Below, piece after piece: positions 45,664-54,393 of a stretch of 64,000 bases of DNA. Location: IMG/VR virus record IMGVR_UViG_3300012943_000029, positions 66,176-130,175 of that record; one strand, given 5' to 3'. This DNA comes from a virus. Every line of letters starts with the position of its first letter. Positions within the stretch are counted from its first letter, which is position 1. The position numbers were made by a program, and so were the translations under genes. The notes under the pieces were generated by a model. It was not told the origin of the DNA. It saw only the letters and a list, made by a program, of their open reading frames with translations, and ran no database searches.

Positions 45664-46517
45664 ACCGCCATCTCACCCTTGATTGAGCTGTGCGAAACAT
45701 AGTTCATCAGCTCAATGTCTTCCATCTTGAAGGCATCGATATCAGTGACGTTTGGGTTCAGCTTCAATGTTGGTGCCGCATATGGTTCACGTGACAGCTG
45801 CTCGTTCACCTGATCAAGGTGGTTCAGGTAGATGTGCGCATCGCCAATGTTGATGATCAGCTCGCCAGGCTTGTAACCAGTTGCTTGAGCAAGGAGATGC
45901 ACGAACAGAGCGTACGATGCCATATTGAACGGCAACCCTAGGAACAAATCGTTCGAGCGAATGTAGACGACACAGTTCAGCTCCTGCTTCTCCATAGAGA
46001 CGTGGAACTGAGCAAACATGTGGCATGGTGGCAGCGCCATCTGGCTGAGTTCGCCGGGGTTGAACGCCGTCAACACCATGCGGCGGTCTGCCGGATTTGT
46101 CTTCAGTGACTTGACAATGTTGGCAAGCTGGTCAGTTTCAATTTCCTCTTGACCTGTCTGCCAATGACGCCACTGAACGCCGTACACTCGGCCGAGGTCT
46201 CCCTCGAACTTCGCCTTTGGCTTCCAGTAGTCTGCATTTGCATTTGCCGTCCAGATGGTGGTGCGAGCTGGATCGCGGGTGCCGTAGGTAATCTCGGCAA
46301 GACGCCGCTCGTCTGAGCTGCCTTCAATGAACCACAACAACTCGCCAACTACTGGTTTCCACGCGACCTTCTTTGTCGTTATGAGTGGGAACCCCTCGCT
46401 GAGGTGGTGGCGCATCGTGATGCCGAAGAGTGAGAGCGTGCCCACCCCAGTGCGATCAATTTTCTTCTCGCCCTTGTCGCGAACATAGCCGAGCAGATCT
46501 AGGTATTCGTATTCCAT
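45660..46517 (-). CDS. thyA: thymidylate synthase
   Basis: DRTGVGT, ELLWF, MALPPCH, RSNDLFLGLPFN (dUMP-specifying Asn), DAHIY. Confidence 0.97.
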   Translation of the reverse strand: MEYEYLDLLGYVRDKGEKKIDRTGVGTLSLFGITMRHHLSEGFPLITTKKVAWKPVVGELLWFIEGSSDERRLAEITYGTRDPARTTIWTANANADYWKPKAKFEGDLGRVYGVQWRHWQTGQEEIETDQLANIVKSLKTNPADRRMVLTAFNPGELSQMALPPCHMFAQFHVSMEKQELNCVVYIRSNDLFLGLPFNMASYALFVHLLAQATGYKPGELIINIGDAHIYLNHLDQVNEQLSREPYAAPTLKLNPNVTDIDAFKMEDIELMNYVSHSSIKGEMAV

Positions 46518-46541
46518 GTTGTATTTCTTATCTGGTGCAGA

Positions 46542-46547
46542 TATTTA
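46542..46547 (-). promoter_or_regulatory. TAAATA box upstream of thyA
   Basis: Intergenic, flanked by CAGAT/ATCTG. Confidence 0.45.
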
Positions 46548-46725
46548 TCGGGTCATCTGATCAACAATAGGATCAGAATTTCATTCCATACTGAAAGCAT
46601 GAAGTTCTTAATTTTTTGAAGGAGTGAAAGCGGTTCGCGAACGACAACAAGGGTTCCCAAATCTGCAGCATCAATGTTTGAGAATGAGATCCGTACGTAT
46701 CCGTATTTTTCCTGAACAGGATCCA

Positions 46726-47010
46726 TTACTCGTACGTTCTTTCCCAGTCACGTGGCTGACGTGTTCCGTCGCTATAGATGCTGATCATGCGCTTGTACTT
46801 CACCTCTTGGCCAACCATCACAGGTCCGAGGATTTGACCGAACTTTCCGGTCTCGTACTTCACAACACACTTCACTAGACGCTGGACTGGAACACACTGC
46901 CCAACCTCAGCGATCTTCTCAGTCTTGGTCTCCCATTCCCAGGTGCTTGACAACGCATCGCACCCAGCCATTAAGGCTGCAGCGAGCAGAAGAATTGAAA
47001 GCTTAGTCAC
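46726..47010 (-). CDS. lipoprotein
   Basis: Signal KLSILLLAAALMAG-C (lipobox). Confidence 0.65.
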   Translation of the reverse strand: MTKLSILLLAAALMAGCDALSSTWEWETKTEKIAEVGQCVPVQRLVKCVVKYETGKFGQILGPVMVGQEVKYKRMISIYSDGTRQPRDWERTYE

Positions 47011-47308
47011 CAATTGACACCACCTTTCCATACACTCCGTCGGGACTAACCCAACCATTCACAAAACCTGAGGCGTTCGATATCTGATAGCGGTTCGCTG
47101 AGGAGACCGCAGAGATGAAGTGCAGGTACTGCCTTCCATTCACCTTACAGAGAACGATGTCGCCCTTCTTCAAGAGGAACAAATTCGATGGCTTGACGAC
47201 AACTGTCTGCCCACTTTCAATGTGGGGGCGCATTGAGTTACCGCGCGGCTTGAACGTTACCGTCTTTCCCGCCTTCAGCTGTTCAATGTAGGCGGTCGCC
47301 CAGCTCAA
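47003..47308 (-). CDS. S24/S26 peptidase-like protein
   Basis: GNSMRP (catalytic Ser), GDIV, YLH. Confidence 0.65.
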   Translation of the reverse strand: MSWATAYIEQLKAGKTVTFKPRGNSMRPHIESGQTVVVKPSNLFLLKKGDIVLCKVNGRQYLHFISAVSSANRYQISNASGFVNGWVSPDGVYGKVVSIGD

Positions 47309-47763
47309 ACGATCTCTACCCTCGCGCAGTACTTGCCCTTCCAGGCGGCATACGCTTCCTTGATGAACGAAGGTGGCTTCGGTGGTGGCGCAGGAATGCG
47401 ACCTTCTTCGATTTCCCACTCGCGCCTACGCTTCTTCGCCTTCCAACGTTCCCATAGAAAAGCGATGCCAACACATGCGCCGCCGAAAAGTTCAGCGCCA
47501 AACATACCAGTGCCGAAGTTGGCCCACTTTTGACCGCCGATGTTGGCATCGAAGAGGTACCAGCAGAGCGCGTTGATCGGCCCAACGATGGCACCTGCAA
47601 AAATCACCGCGCAGATGCTGACAATCAAGGTCCACATGAAGAGCCCCCATAGCACGCAGCGCGTGTACGCGCAGATGTCACGATGTGAGTGGCGGCTAAA
47701 GCCTCCAGTCGATGTCGCGAGGAAGTGGTGCCAGGTTCCGTCTTTGATCTTGATTGTGTTCAT
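47305..47763 (-). CDS. membrane protein
   Basis: Two hydrophobic segments. Confidence 0.65.
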   Translation of the reverse strand: MNTIKIKDGTWHHFLATSTGGFSRHSHRDICAYTRCVLWGLFMWTLIVSICAVIFAGAIVGPINALCWYLFDANIGGQKWANFGTGMFGAELFGGACVGIAFLWERWKAKKRRREWEIEEGRIPAPPPKPPSFIKEAYAAWKGKYCARVEIV

Positions 47764-47767
47764 GAGG

Positions 47768-48280
47768 TCATTCTACCTTCTTGCTAACCTGAAGTAAACC
47801 GCGGGTGCTGAGAACGCTGAGAACGTCTGAGACGATTGAGCGGGCCGTGTTGTGGTGGTACTCAGGTCGAAGGTGGTTGCCGGCCACGTTGAGCACCTCG
47901 ATTGAATTCGCGGCGATCCAGTCGGCAATCTCTTCACCACACTCGCCGGTTGGAACCTGAACTATGTGAGAAGGCTTGCCCCACTTCTTGATGAATTTCC
48001 TGGTTAGCGCGGTGCCTGGCGAGCTGAGCGCTGAGGCGATGATGAGAGTTCCATCTCCAAGCTTCACGTTCTCTTCAGTTCGCGGTGGATAGCCTGGAGC
48101 CTGGTGCTCAAGCAGCCCAAACTTGTCACGTAGCGTAACGTCTTGCCCGCGAGCCGTTCTCCACCCGCGTGGGGCCCAACCGCCGGTCCTTACCCCTGCG
48201 CTGTGAGCTGCCTCGATGGCGCCACGATCCACTCCATCCTGTCCACCTGAGATGACCTGCTTCAGTCCAGCATAGTCCAT
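47768..48280 (-). CDS. SLOG-family (cpYpsA / 'MoCo carrier'-like) protein
   Basis: ISGGQDGVDRGA, GGWAPRG, RTEENV..GDGTL, LNVAGN. Confidence 0.8.
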   Translation of the reverse strand: MDYAGLKQVISGGQDGVDRGAIEAAHSAGVRTGGWAPRGWRTARGQDVTLRDKFGLLEHQAPGYPPRTEENVKLGDGTLIIASALSSPGTALTRKFIKKWGKPSHIVQVPTGECGEEIADWIAANSIEVLNVAGNHLRPEYHHNTARSIVSDVLSVLSTRGLLQVSKKVE

Positions 48281-48281
48281 C

Positions 48282-49274
48282 TCAAGCAGCATCTGGCGTT
48301 TCCTTTTCGGCTCTCTCAGCAATGACGGCGTCGAGCGCCGTTTTCATCTCGCTGAGCTCCTTGTCCGTATAGTCCTTGAGCTGCTTGACAACTGGGAAGA
48401 CGCGCAGCATGCAGTTGCCGCGTCGAACGGCGCGAGGATCAGTCCAGTACCCCTTCTCCTTCAAGTTGAGGAGGGCCCCGATACCAAGGCCAGCCGGAAT
48501 GCGCACGTTGAGAACCACGCCATCGATCGTCTTGAACTCGATGAAGCCGCCAGTGATCATTGTGAGGGCAGACACAGCAATGTTCTTCATGATGTTGCCG
48601 CCCTGATAGTCTGACGTTCCATACTGGACGTTGTAGTCAGAGCGCACGCGCACGTACACGAGCACGGTTGCATTTGATGTTTCAATCTTCTGAACACGCT
48701 CGCCGTCCGAAACGCCGGCAGGTATCTTCACCTGGATCATTCGTCCTGAGATGGACGCTGGATCAGGTACGCTTATCTGGCGCATGCCGCCGACGAACGC
48801 CTCTTCAAGCGTGACATTGACAATGTGCGTCAGCGTTTGAAATTTGTTGTACTCGTGGTTCTTGGCGCCGGGCCCAGAGGCGCCCCAGTTTGTCTGGTAC
48901 TCCTCGTTGTTTCCCTCAGGCTTCGGGCGTTCCTTCTTGAACCGGTCGCTCTCCTCCTTGTACTGCCGCATCATTTCTTCGTACGCCGTCTTCAGCGCGT
49001 CGTTGATGTCGGCAACGTCCTCAGCAGTTGCGCCCGACCAGTAGCGGCGCTCGCCGCGATATTGGTTGCTGCTACTGTTCGAGGAGGTGCCCGCCTTGCC
49101 GCTCTCGATGAGCTCAAAGGCCTCCTTGATTTCCTTGAACTTTGCCTCAGCCCCGGCTTCCTTGTTGCGGTCGGGGTGGTACTTCATCGCTAGGCGACGG
49201 TACTGCTTCTTGGCATCCTCCACCGTAGCTGAAGGATCAAGCTCAAGGATTTGGTAGGCCTCTTGACGGTTCAT
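48282..49274 (-). CDS. DnaJ/CbpA-like co-chaperone (J domain + C-terminal domain, no zinc finger)
   Basis: YRRLAMKYHPDRN; VTLEEAF.G, KIPAG, LKEKG. Confidence 0.9.
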   Translation of the reverse strand: MNRQEAYQILELDPSATVEDAKKQYRRLAMKYHPDRNKEAGAEAKFKEIKEAFELIESGKAGTSSNSSSNQYRGERRYWSGATAEDVADINDALKTAYEEMMRQYKEESDRFKKERPKPEGNNEEYQTNWGASGPGAKNHEYNKFQTLTHIVNVTLEEAFVGGMRQISVPDPASISGRMIQVKIPAGVSDGERVQKIETSNATVLVYVRVRSDYNVQYGTSDYQGGNIMKNIAVSALTMITGGFIEFKTIDGVVLNVRIPAGLGIGALLNLKEKGYWTDPRAVRRGNCMLRVFPVVKQLKDYTDKELSEMKTALDAVIAERAEKETPDAA

Positions 49275-49537
49275 AGATACCCGTTGAACCACTTGAGCCG
49301 CATTGCATTCAGCAGCTCAGCCGTGAGCGGGTAATCTGGAATGTTGTCAGGTAGAACCGCGTCAATGCCGCAGTACGGGCAGTTAGCCGTCTGTCCACCA
49401 TCTGTCCACTCAAGGATGCGAGCTGGTCGAATGCGCTGCGTGCAGGCGAAGCAACCGCACAGCTCGCTGCGCAGCACCTCATCGCGGTGAAACGACGAGT
49501 GCTTGTGGAGAACTGTGAGGTGAAGGTCGTCCGCCAT
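49271..49537 (-). CDS. small zinc-binding protein
   Basis: CGCFAC...TANCPYCGIDAV. Confidence 0.7.
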   Translation of the reverse strand: MADDLHLTVLHKHSSFHRDEVLRSELCGCFACTQRIRPARILEWTDGGQTANCPYCGIDAVLPDNIPDYPLTAELLNAMRLKWFNGYL

Positions 49538-49538
49538 G

Positions 49539-49733
49539 TCAGTTGATCTGGCTGCCGATCTTCTTCTTGAGATTGGCCACGTCAGTCTGAGCTGTTTCCA
49601 GCTTGGCCTCGTAGAGGCGCTTCTGATCGGGGTCCTTCGAGGTGGCGATCAGGGTGCCATACTCGGCGATGTTTGCCTCACGGCGGACAAGGGCACCTTT
49701 GCGACGTGCCTGGGCTTGGACGTTATTGCTCAT
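49539..49733 (-). CDS. hypothetical coiled-coil protein
   Basis: GGAGG RBS before MSNNV. Confidence 0.6.
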   Translation of the reverse strand: MSNNVQAQARRKGALVRREANIAEYGTLIATSKDPDQKRLYEAKLETAQTDVANLKKKIGSQIN

Positions 49734-49789
49734 GCGTTCCTCCAGCACGTGATGTGCCTTCGTTGGGTTGTTTGAAGCTACATTCTATC

Positions 49790-49808
49790 TATCGGCTTTG
49801 CGCCGATA
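49790..49808. terminator. hairpin after the 49811-51097 gene
   Basis: TATCGGC-TTTGC-GCCGATA. Confidence 0.4.
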
Positions 49809-49810
49809 AA

Positions 49811-51097
49811 CTACGCGCGATCAGTGACGATCAACTTGTGGATGATGCCCTTTTCCTGGCACAGGTTGCACCACGCAATGACCTCGTCCACCGTTCTGAA
49901 CTTCGGAAGCACCAGCGCCTGGCTGGCCGCGTCGCGTTGATATGAGATAGGCATTGTGCGGTGCCACGAGTTGTGGCCAGCTGTGATCGTAAACTTCGCG
50001 TCATTGATGTCGAGCGTACCCATGCAGCTCTTGCTCTTATCGTTGAAGATTGAGCTCTGCTGGTCGAAGTGGCTCGAGAACAGCCTGTCACCTTCCTTGA
50101 GGATCAGAAAGTCGGGCCAGTCGTTGAAAAAGTGCATCTGACCGGCAGACTTCTCGGTGCTAGCCGTGAAGTGGTGACGCATATGGCCAATAGATTTCAG
50201 CTGCTTCTCGAATTCCATTCCGGTGATGGGGCGCGTGGTGTACCGCAGGTGTACCGGCTTCTCCTCACCGACCCAACGAATGTTGCCTTTCTTGGCGGCC
50301 GAGGCGAAGCGAAGTTCACCGTCAAGCCACACCTCTCGTTGGTGAGCCGTCATCTTCTTTCCGGTCGGGCTGATCAGCGGGGCTTTCTTGTAGAAGGTTG
50401 CCACCTTGGTCTCAGCGGAGTACACAGCGTCGTAAAGCTCAGGCTCACCGATGCCGCGCGAGTACGCCCTTGCCTCGAAGACGTGCTCGTCAATCTTAAT
50501 GCGAGCATGTTCATTGCCGTGTTCGACATAGTCGTCAGGTGAAACCCAACGCTTGCCGACGTAGTAGGCCGACGTGCCATCGAGAAGCAGGTACTCAAGA
50601 CCCTCTTCACCCTTGCCAGTCTTCGGCTTCTTCAGGCTTTCAGCGGCAAGGATCGCGTTCTTGAACTCTTCACTGCTCTCGTGCAGCAGAATGTTGGTTG
50701 AGCCGTCACGACCCCACAGGCACCTGCCTGGTATCTCGCCGCCTGGCTGGATGCCGCAGACGAGGAGGAGCGCCATCAGGTTCTGCGACTGGATTTCAAG
50801 CTCGTACCCATACGGGTCGTACACGCGAAAGACCACGTTGCCGCCACCCCAGTAAACGCGCTTGACGTCGTCGGTGATCTTGAAGCCGGTGCGTGGAACA
50901 TTCTCCACGATCTTGGTATCTGGGGTCTTGCGATCGTAGCCGCGGCACCATGTATCGACGGTCTCCTGCCGCTTGCGTCCCTGTGCGTTGTCCTCATATG
51001 GCGTGGCGAAGCCGAGCTTCTCAGTACCACGACCTTGCGTCTTCACTCCAACGTAGAGCTGAGAGAACACCTTCATCTTTCGATTGACTTCTGTCAT
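49811..51097 (-). CDS. hypothetical phage protein
   Basis: LYVG...LGFATPY...N.P..GFKI...DP.G.E.EI...NL N-terminal pattern. Confidence 0.75.
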   Translation of the reverse strand: MTEVNRKMKVFSQLYVGVKTQGRGTEKLGFATPYEDNAQGRKRQETVDTWCRGYDRKTPDTKIVENVPRTGFKITDDVKRVYWGGGNVVFRVYDPYGYELEIQSQNLMALLLVCGIQPGGEIPGRCLWGRDGSTNILLHESSEEFKNAILAAESLKKPKTGKGEEGLEYLLLDGTSAYYVGKRWVSPDDYVEHGNEHARIKIDEHVFEARAYSRGIGEPELYDAVYSAETKVATFYKKAPLISPTGKKMTAHQREVWLDGELRFASAAKKGNIRWVGEEKPVHLRYTTRPITGMEFEKQLKSIGHMRHHFTASTEKSAGQMHFFNDWPDFLILKEGDRLFSSHFDQQSSIFNDKSKSCMGTLDINDAKFTITAGHNSWHRTMPISYQRDAASQALVLPKFRTVDEVIAWCNLCQEKGIIHKLIVTDRA

Positions 51098-51099
51098 TA

Positions 51100-51276
51100 C
51101 TACGCCTCTTCTGCGTTTGCGGTAAGGAAGATCTTCTTGTAGCTGTCGGCAGAGCCGAGAAACATTTTGTGTGGCACTGGCGGCTGCGGGTTCTTTGGAT
51201 CCTGCTTGCCAAGCGGCTGCACTACGGCAAGGCGCTCCATGAAGTCATCCCACATTTCTTCTGGCGTTTTGATCAT
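51100..51276 (-). CDS. small hypothetical protein
   Basis: ATGA overlap. Confidence 0.5.
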   Translation of the reverse strand: MIKTPEEMWDDFMERLAVVQPLGKQDPKNPQPPVPHKMFLGSADSYKKIFLTANAEEA

Positions 51277-52013
51277 ATTACCACCGGTCGGCTCTGAAGA
51301 ACGTGCAGCTTGCCGTCGTGATCTATAGCCCATTCGATTTCCTGTGGGCGGTGACAGTGCCGCGCAATATCGATGCCTAGCACGCGAAGGTTGTCGAGCT
51401 GGCTCTCGCTCAGCAGCTGATCGTCGCAGGCAAGGTATGAGGTTATGCACGAGCCGTTCTTCGCCACGTCGTAGTGGTCAGGTGTCAGCTCACCGCTGAC
51501 GAGGGCGGCGCAGGAACCAGGTACGGCCTCGATGACGACCGTTTCATTGTCGCCGTTCATTGGGTTGCACGTCATCATCACGCCGCCGATCTTCGCGTTG
51601 ATCATGCGCTGGACTATCACGGCCATCTGCGCATCGATAAGCCCAGCACCCATCCTATAAGCTACCGCCGTTCGGGATAGCAGGCTATCAAGGCACTGAC
51701 GAGCGAACTCTTCTATGCGCAGCGCCTCGACGTTGAGGTAGGTGTCGTGCATCCCAGCGCAGCTTGCGGCTGCGCTGTCTTCAATTGTGGCAGATGAGCG
51801 AACCGCAAAGAGGGTTGGACCATCGGTCTGCAGCTTCGCGACGGCCCTGGTCAGCTCGGTGTCCAGCTGATCGGACTTGAACGCACCAACCCTTATGACG
51901 AAGCCTGCTGGAACTTGGAACCCCCAGCGCATGAGGGCACCCAGCATCGCGGCCTTGCCGCCAACAAACTCACCTTCTTCCAGCGAGACATCCTTGAGGT
52001 CGCTGATAAGCAT
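51273..52013 (-). CDS. stand-alone PEP synthase/PPDK N-terminal (ATP-grasp) domain
   Basis: VGGKA, VPAGF, AVRSSA..ED....S.AG...T.LNV, MAVIVQRM, EIEWA, LQSRP. Confidence 0.85.
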   Translation of the reverse strand: MLISDLKDVSLEEGEFVGGKAAMLGALMRWGFQVPAGFVIRVGAFKSDQLDTELTRAVAKLQTDGPTLFAVRSSATIEDSAAASCAGMHDTYLNVEALRIEEFARQCLDSLLSRTAVAYRMGAGLIDAQMAVIVQRMINAKIGGVMMTCNPMNGDNETVVIEAVPGSCAALVSGELTPDHYDVAKNGSCITSYLACDDQLLSESQLDNLRVLGIDIARHCHRPQEIEWAIDHDGKLHVLQSRPVVI

Positions 52014-52234
52014 CAGTCGATGGCCTTGACAAGAACAGAGATGACGGCGCACAGCGCCATGATCATGGCGGCAACGCCAGCTGCCACTGCACCAAAGCCA
52101 AACACGTCAAGCGACATGGTGACTTCGGCAATTGATGCAAGCTTTTTCAGCCCGATGCAGATTGCCGAGAAGCCGAGCAGCGTGGCCGCGGCGACGGCAA
52201 AGCGAACAGCTGCTGAGATGATCTTGATCTGCAT
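52013..52234 (-). CDS. small membrane protein
   Basis: Two hydrophobic helices. Confidence 0.55.
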   Translation of the reverse strand: MQIKIISAAVRFAVAAATLLGFSAICIGLKKLASIAEVTMSLDVFGFGAVAAGVAAMIMALCAVISVLVKAID

Positions 52235-52244
52235 GCGGTTCTCC

Positions 52245-53141
52245 TTACTTGTTCAAGTCGTCGTAGAGGGCCTGCACCTTCGCGAGGTGTGAGGCGTCCT
52301 GTGGGACGCCGCGGTTCACCTGCAGGAAGAGCTCGAGCATTTCCTTGCGGTTGACGTTCTCTTCCTCGATCATGCGGTACGAGCACATCATGTTCATGAT
52401 CGCGTGCTGATCCTTCCAGTTGAGCTGCGAAAACTTGCGTCCCTTGTATGCCCACTGGTTGGTGATGTACTGGATCAGCGTCGTCAGCCGCTGCTGCCCG
52501 TCGATGATCTCGATGGCATAGTTGTTCTTCTTCGGCACGAAGATCGTGTCACCCTGAAGAGTGATGTACTTGACGGGTGTATCGTCATCCTTGTGGAGAT
52601 AGCCGTGGTTGCGAACGAAGATGAAGCCGCCGATCGTCGTGCGGTTGAAGATGGACTCGAGCAGTGCCTCGCGATCGCTCTGCGTCCACACGTACCCGCG
52701 CTGGTATTCAGGGTTGCACACAAGACCATCGTTGCCGTACATGTGTGCAACGGAATCGAAGGAGCAAGTAGTCACTGAGCCGCGCCATTCGGGGCGCGTG
52801 AACGCTGGTGCAGTAGCATCGTTCTCACCGCGGAAAGCTTCATACCACCACCAAATTCCAAAGTTAAACTCAGGAAGTGGAACAGGATCCGATGTAGCTG
52901 AGCGTGGCTTGTTCAGAGGCCGATGCTTGATGAGAAGCGCTTTGCCACCCTCGAGCACCTCGTGTACGACGCACTCGTCCAGATTTCCCACCTGAACTTT
53001 GTCGCCGACGCTGAACGTCCGGTCTGGAACCGCTATCGCTGATGCGCTGATCGCCGAGAAATTGTAGAAGTCGGCGTGCGCCCTCGCGATCAGCTCAGCT
53101 TCAGTTGGCGGTGCGACAGGGGCTTTGGGCTTACGGGCCAT
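52245..53141 (-). CDS. DUF262 (ParB/Srx-like, GmrS-type) domain protein
   Basis: PEYQRGYVW, IIDGQQRLTT, FLQVNRG. Confidence 0.85.
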   Translation of the reverse strand: MARKPKAPVAPPTEAELIARAHADFYNFSAISASAIAVPDRTFSVGDKVQVGNLDECVVHEVLEGGKALLIKHRPLNKPRSATSDPVPLPEFNFGIWWWYEAFRGENDATAPAFTRPEWRGSVTTCSFDSVAHMYGNDGLVCNPEYQRGYVWTQSDREALLESIFNRTTIGGFIFVRNHGYLHKDDDTPVKYITLQGDTIFVPKKNNYAIEIIDGQQRLTTLIQYITNQWAYKGRKFSQLNWKDQHAIMNMMCSYRMIEEENVNRKEMLELFLQVNRGVPQDASHLAKVQALYDDLNK

Positions 53142-53167
53142 GGAAAAACTCCTCGGTTGAGGGAGCC

Positions 53168-53215
53168 ATTCTATCACGAAGTGCAGGTCGGGTACACCAG
53201 CCACATTATGTTAAA
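53168..53215 (-). promoter_or_regulatory. early-type promoter TTTAACATAA...TGTACC-N17-TAGAAT
   Basis: Repeated promoter motif. Confidence 0.75.
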
Positions 53216-53262
53216 TGAGGACCAGGGCCTCCCGGTGGCAGGGCATATGACCCATCATCTCC

Positions 53263-53469
53263 TCAGGTATCTTGTCCCTGGCGTCCTCTGGTTGCCTTTG
53301 CTTGAAGCCAGAAGTCAACTACTCCCTGCTGCATCTGCAGGAATTCCTGCTCGCTTTTCAGCCACGCTGGCTTTGCAGTTGATGCGTTGGCCTCGATGCG
53401 GTCCTTGATCCTCTTGTGCAGCGCTTCGGCTGCAGCGAGGCCGCGGTTGATTTCGTCGATGACGCTCAT
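53263..53469 (-). CDS. hypothetical protein
   Basis: ORF in early operon. Confidence 0.55.
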   Translation of the reverse strand: MSVIDEINRGLAAAEALHKRIKDRIEANASTAKPAWLKSEQEFLQMQQGVVDFWLQAKATRGRQGQDT

Positions 53470-53915
53470 AACATGATTGCCCTTTCTGGTGGAACACCCA
53501 TCTTTTCTGCCCAGTCATCGCCGAGAACTGCCCTTACGGACGGGCCCAGGTACATGCTGCTTCGCCACCTGCTGGCCGTTGCGCGATGGTGGCGCAAAAT
53601 TGTTTCGAGGCGCGGGTCGTAGTGCTTGAGGCCGGTGAATGACATGATGCGACGCTTCAGGCGCCTCCCCTCCATGTCGATGCTCGTCGGTTTCGGGCCT
53701 GACATGGAGGCTCGCGCCTTGGCCAGCTTCTGGCGGTTCGACTTGCTCTTGCGCACTTCCTCTTCAGTCTGACCAGATTTTTGCATCATCTGCGTGAGCA
53801 GCTTCCGCTCGGCCTTGTTTGGGATGTGGCGTTCACCGCGCCCGAGAGGCTTGCCCAACTTTCGAGGGGCGAGGTGGCGGGCTAGTGGCCGATCATTGTA
53901 GTCTTCATCGTACAT
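53466..53915 (-). CDS. basic hypothetical protein
   Basis: Arg/Lys-rich ORF. Confidence 0.6.
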   Translation of the reverse strand: MYDEDYNDRPLARHLAPRKLGKPLGRGERHIPNKAERKLLTQMMQKSGQTEEEVRKSKSNRQKLAKARASMSGPKPTSIDMEGRRLKRRIMSFTGLKHYDPRLETILRHHRATASRWRSSMYLGPSVRAVLGDDWAEKMGVPPERAIML

Positions 53916-54393
53916 TTGCGAGCGCCTTTTCTAGGATTGCTGTCTCCGCCTTCATCGCATCTATGCGCGTCTGAAGAGCTTTCTTTCGCGCCTTCACAAA
54001 CATTGCATCTGCTGCGGCCTTGCTCATCTTGCGCTTGCGCGGACGGAAGAGCTTCTCAAGCTGTTCCTTCTCGCCTGCCCTGAGGCGGAACGGGGCAGGA
54101 TTTGGCGGCGTGAGACCCATCTTCTTGAAGCGTGGGTCGCGCGACAGGTACGACTGACACATGTACCGCATCTCGGCGTCGGTAAGATATACCTCAGCCT
54201 GTGGGTTCAACGCAAGCAGCTGCTTCGCGCGCTTCTTGCCAACGTTCTTCGTGAGGCGTTCGAGGGTGCGGCGCCAGCCGTTGGAGATGCAGATGTGCCG
54301 CCCATCGCCGTACGCGTAGGTCAGCGAGAACTCGTCATCCTTCGGCTCACCCTTGCGGAGATGAAGGTTTGTGCTGCAGCGTATGTAGCTCAT
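53905..54393 (-). CDS. basic hypothetical protein
   Basis: ORF with overlap coupling. Confidence 0.6.
   Translation of the reverse strand: MSYIRCSTNLHLRKGEPKDDEFSLTYAYGDGRHICISNGWRRTLERLTKNVGKKRAKQLLALNPQAEVYLTDAEMRYMCQSYLSRDPRFKKMGLTPPNPAPFRLRAGEKEQLEKLFRPRKRKMSKAAADAMFVKARKKALQTRIDAMKAETAILEKALANVR

Noticed and set aside
45660-46517. Thymidylate synthase as a dCMP hydroxymethylase feeding DNA carbamoylation or glycosylation
   Set aside because: It retains the Asn in LGLPFN typical of dUMP-specific ThyA and lies far from the cluster. A base-modifying enzyme elsewhere in the genome cannot be excluded.
46624-46878. Plus-strand ORF in the AT-rich gap
   Set aside because: Overlaps the lipoprotein gene antisense, the SD abuts the start codon, and the sequence is not protein-like.
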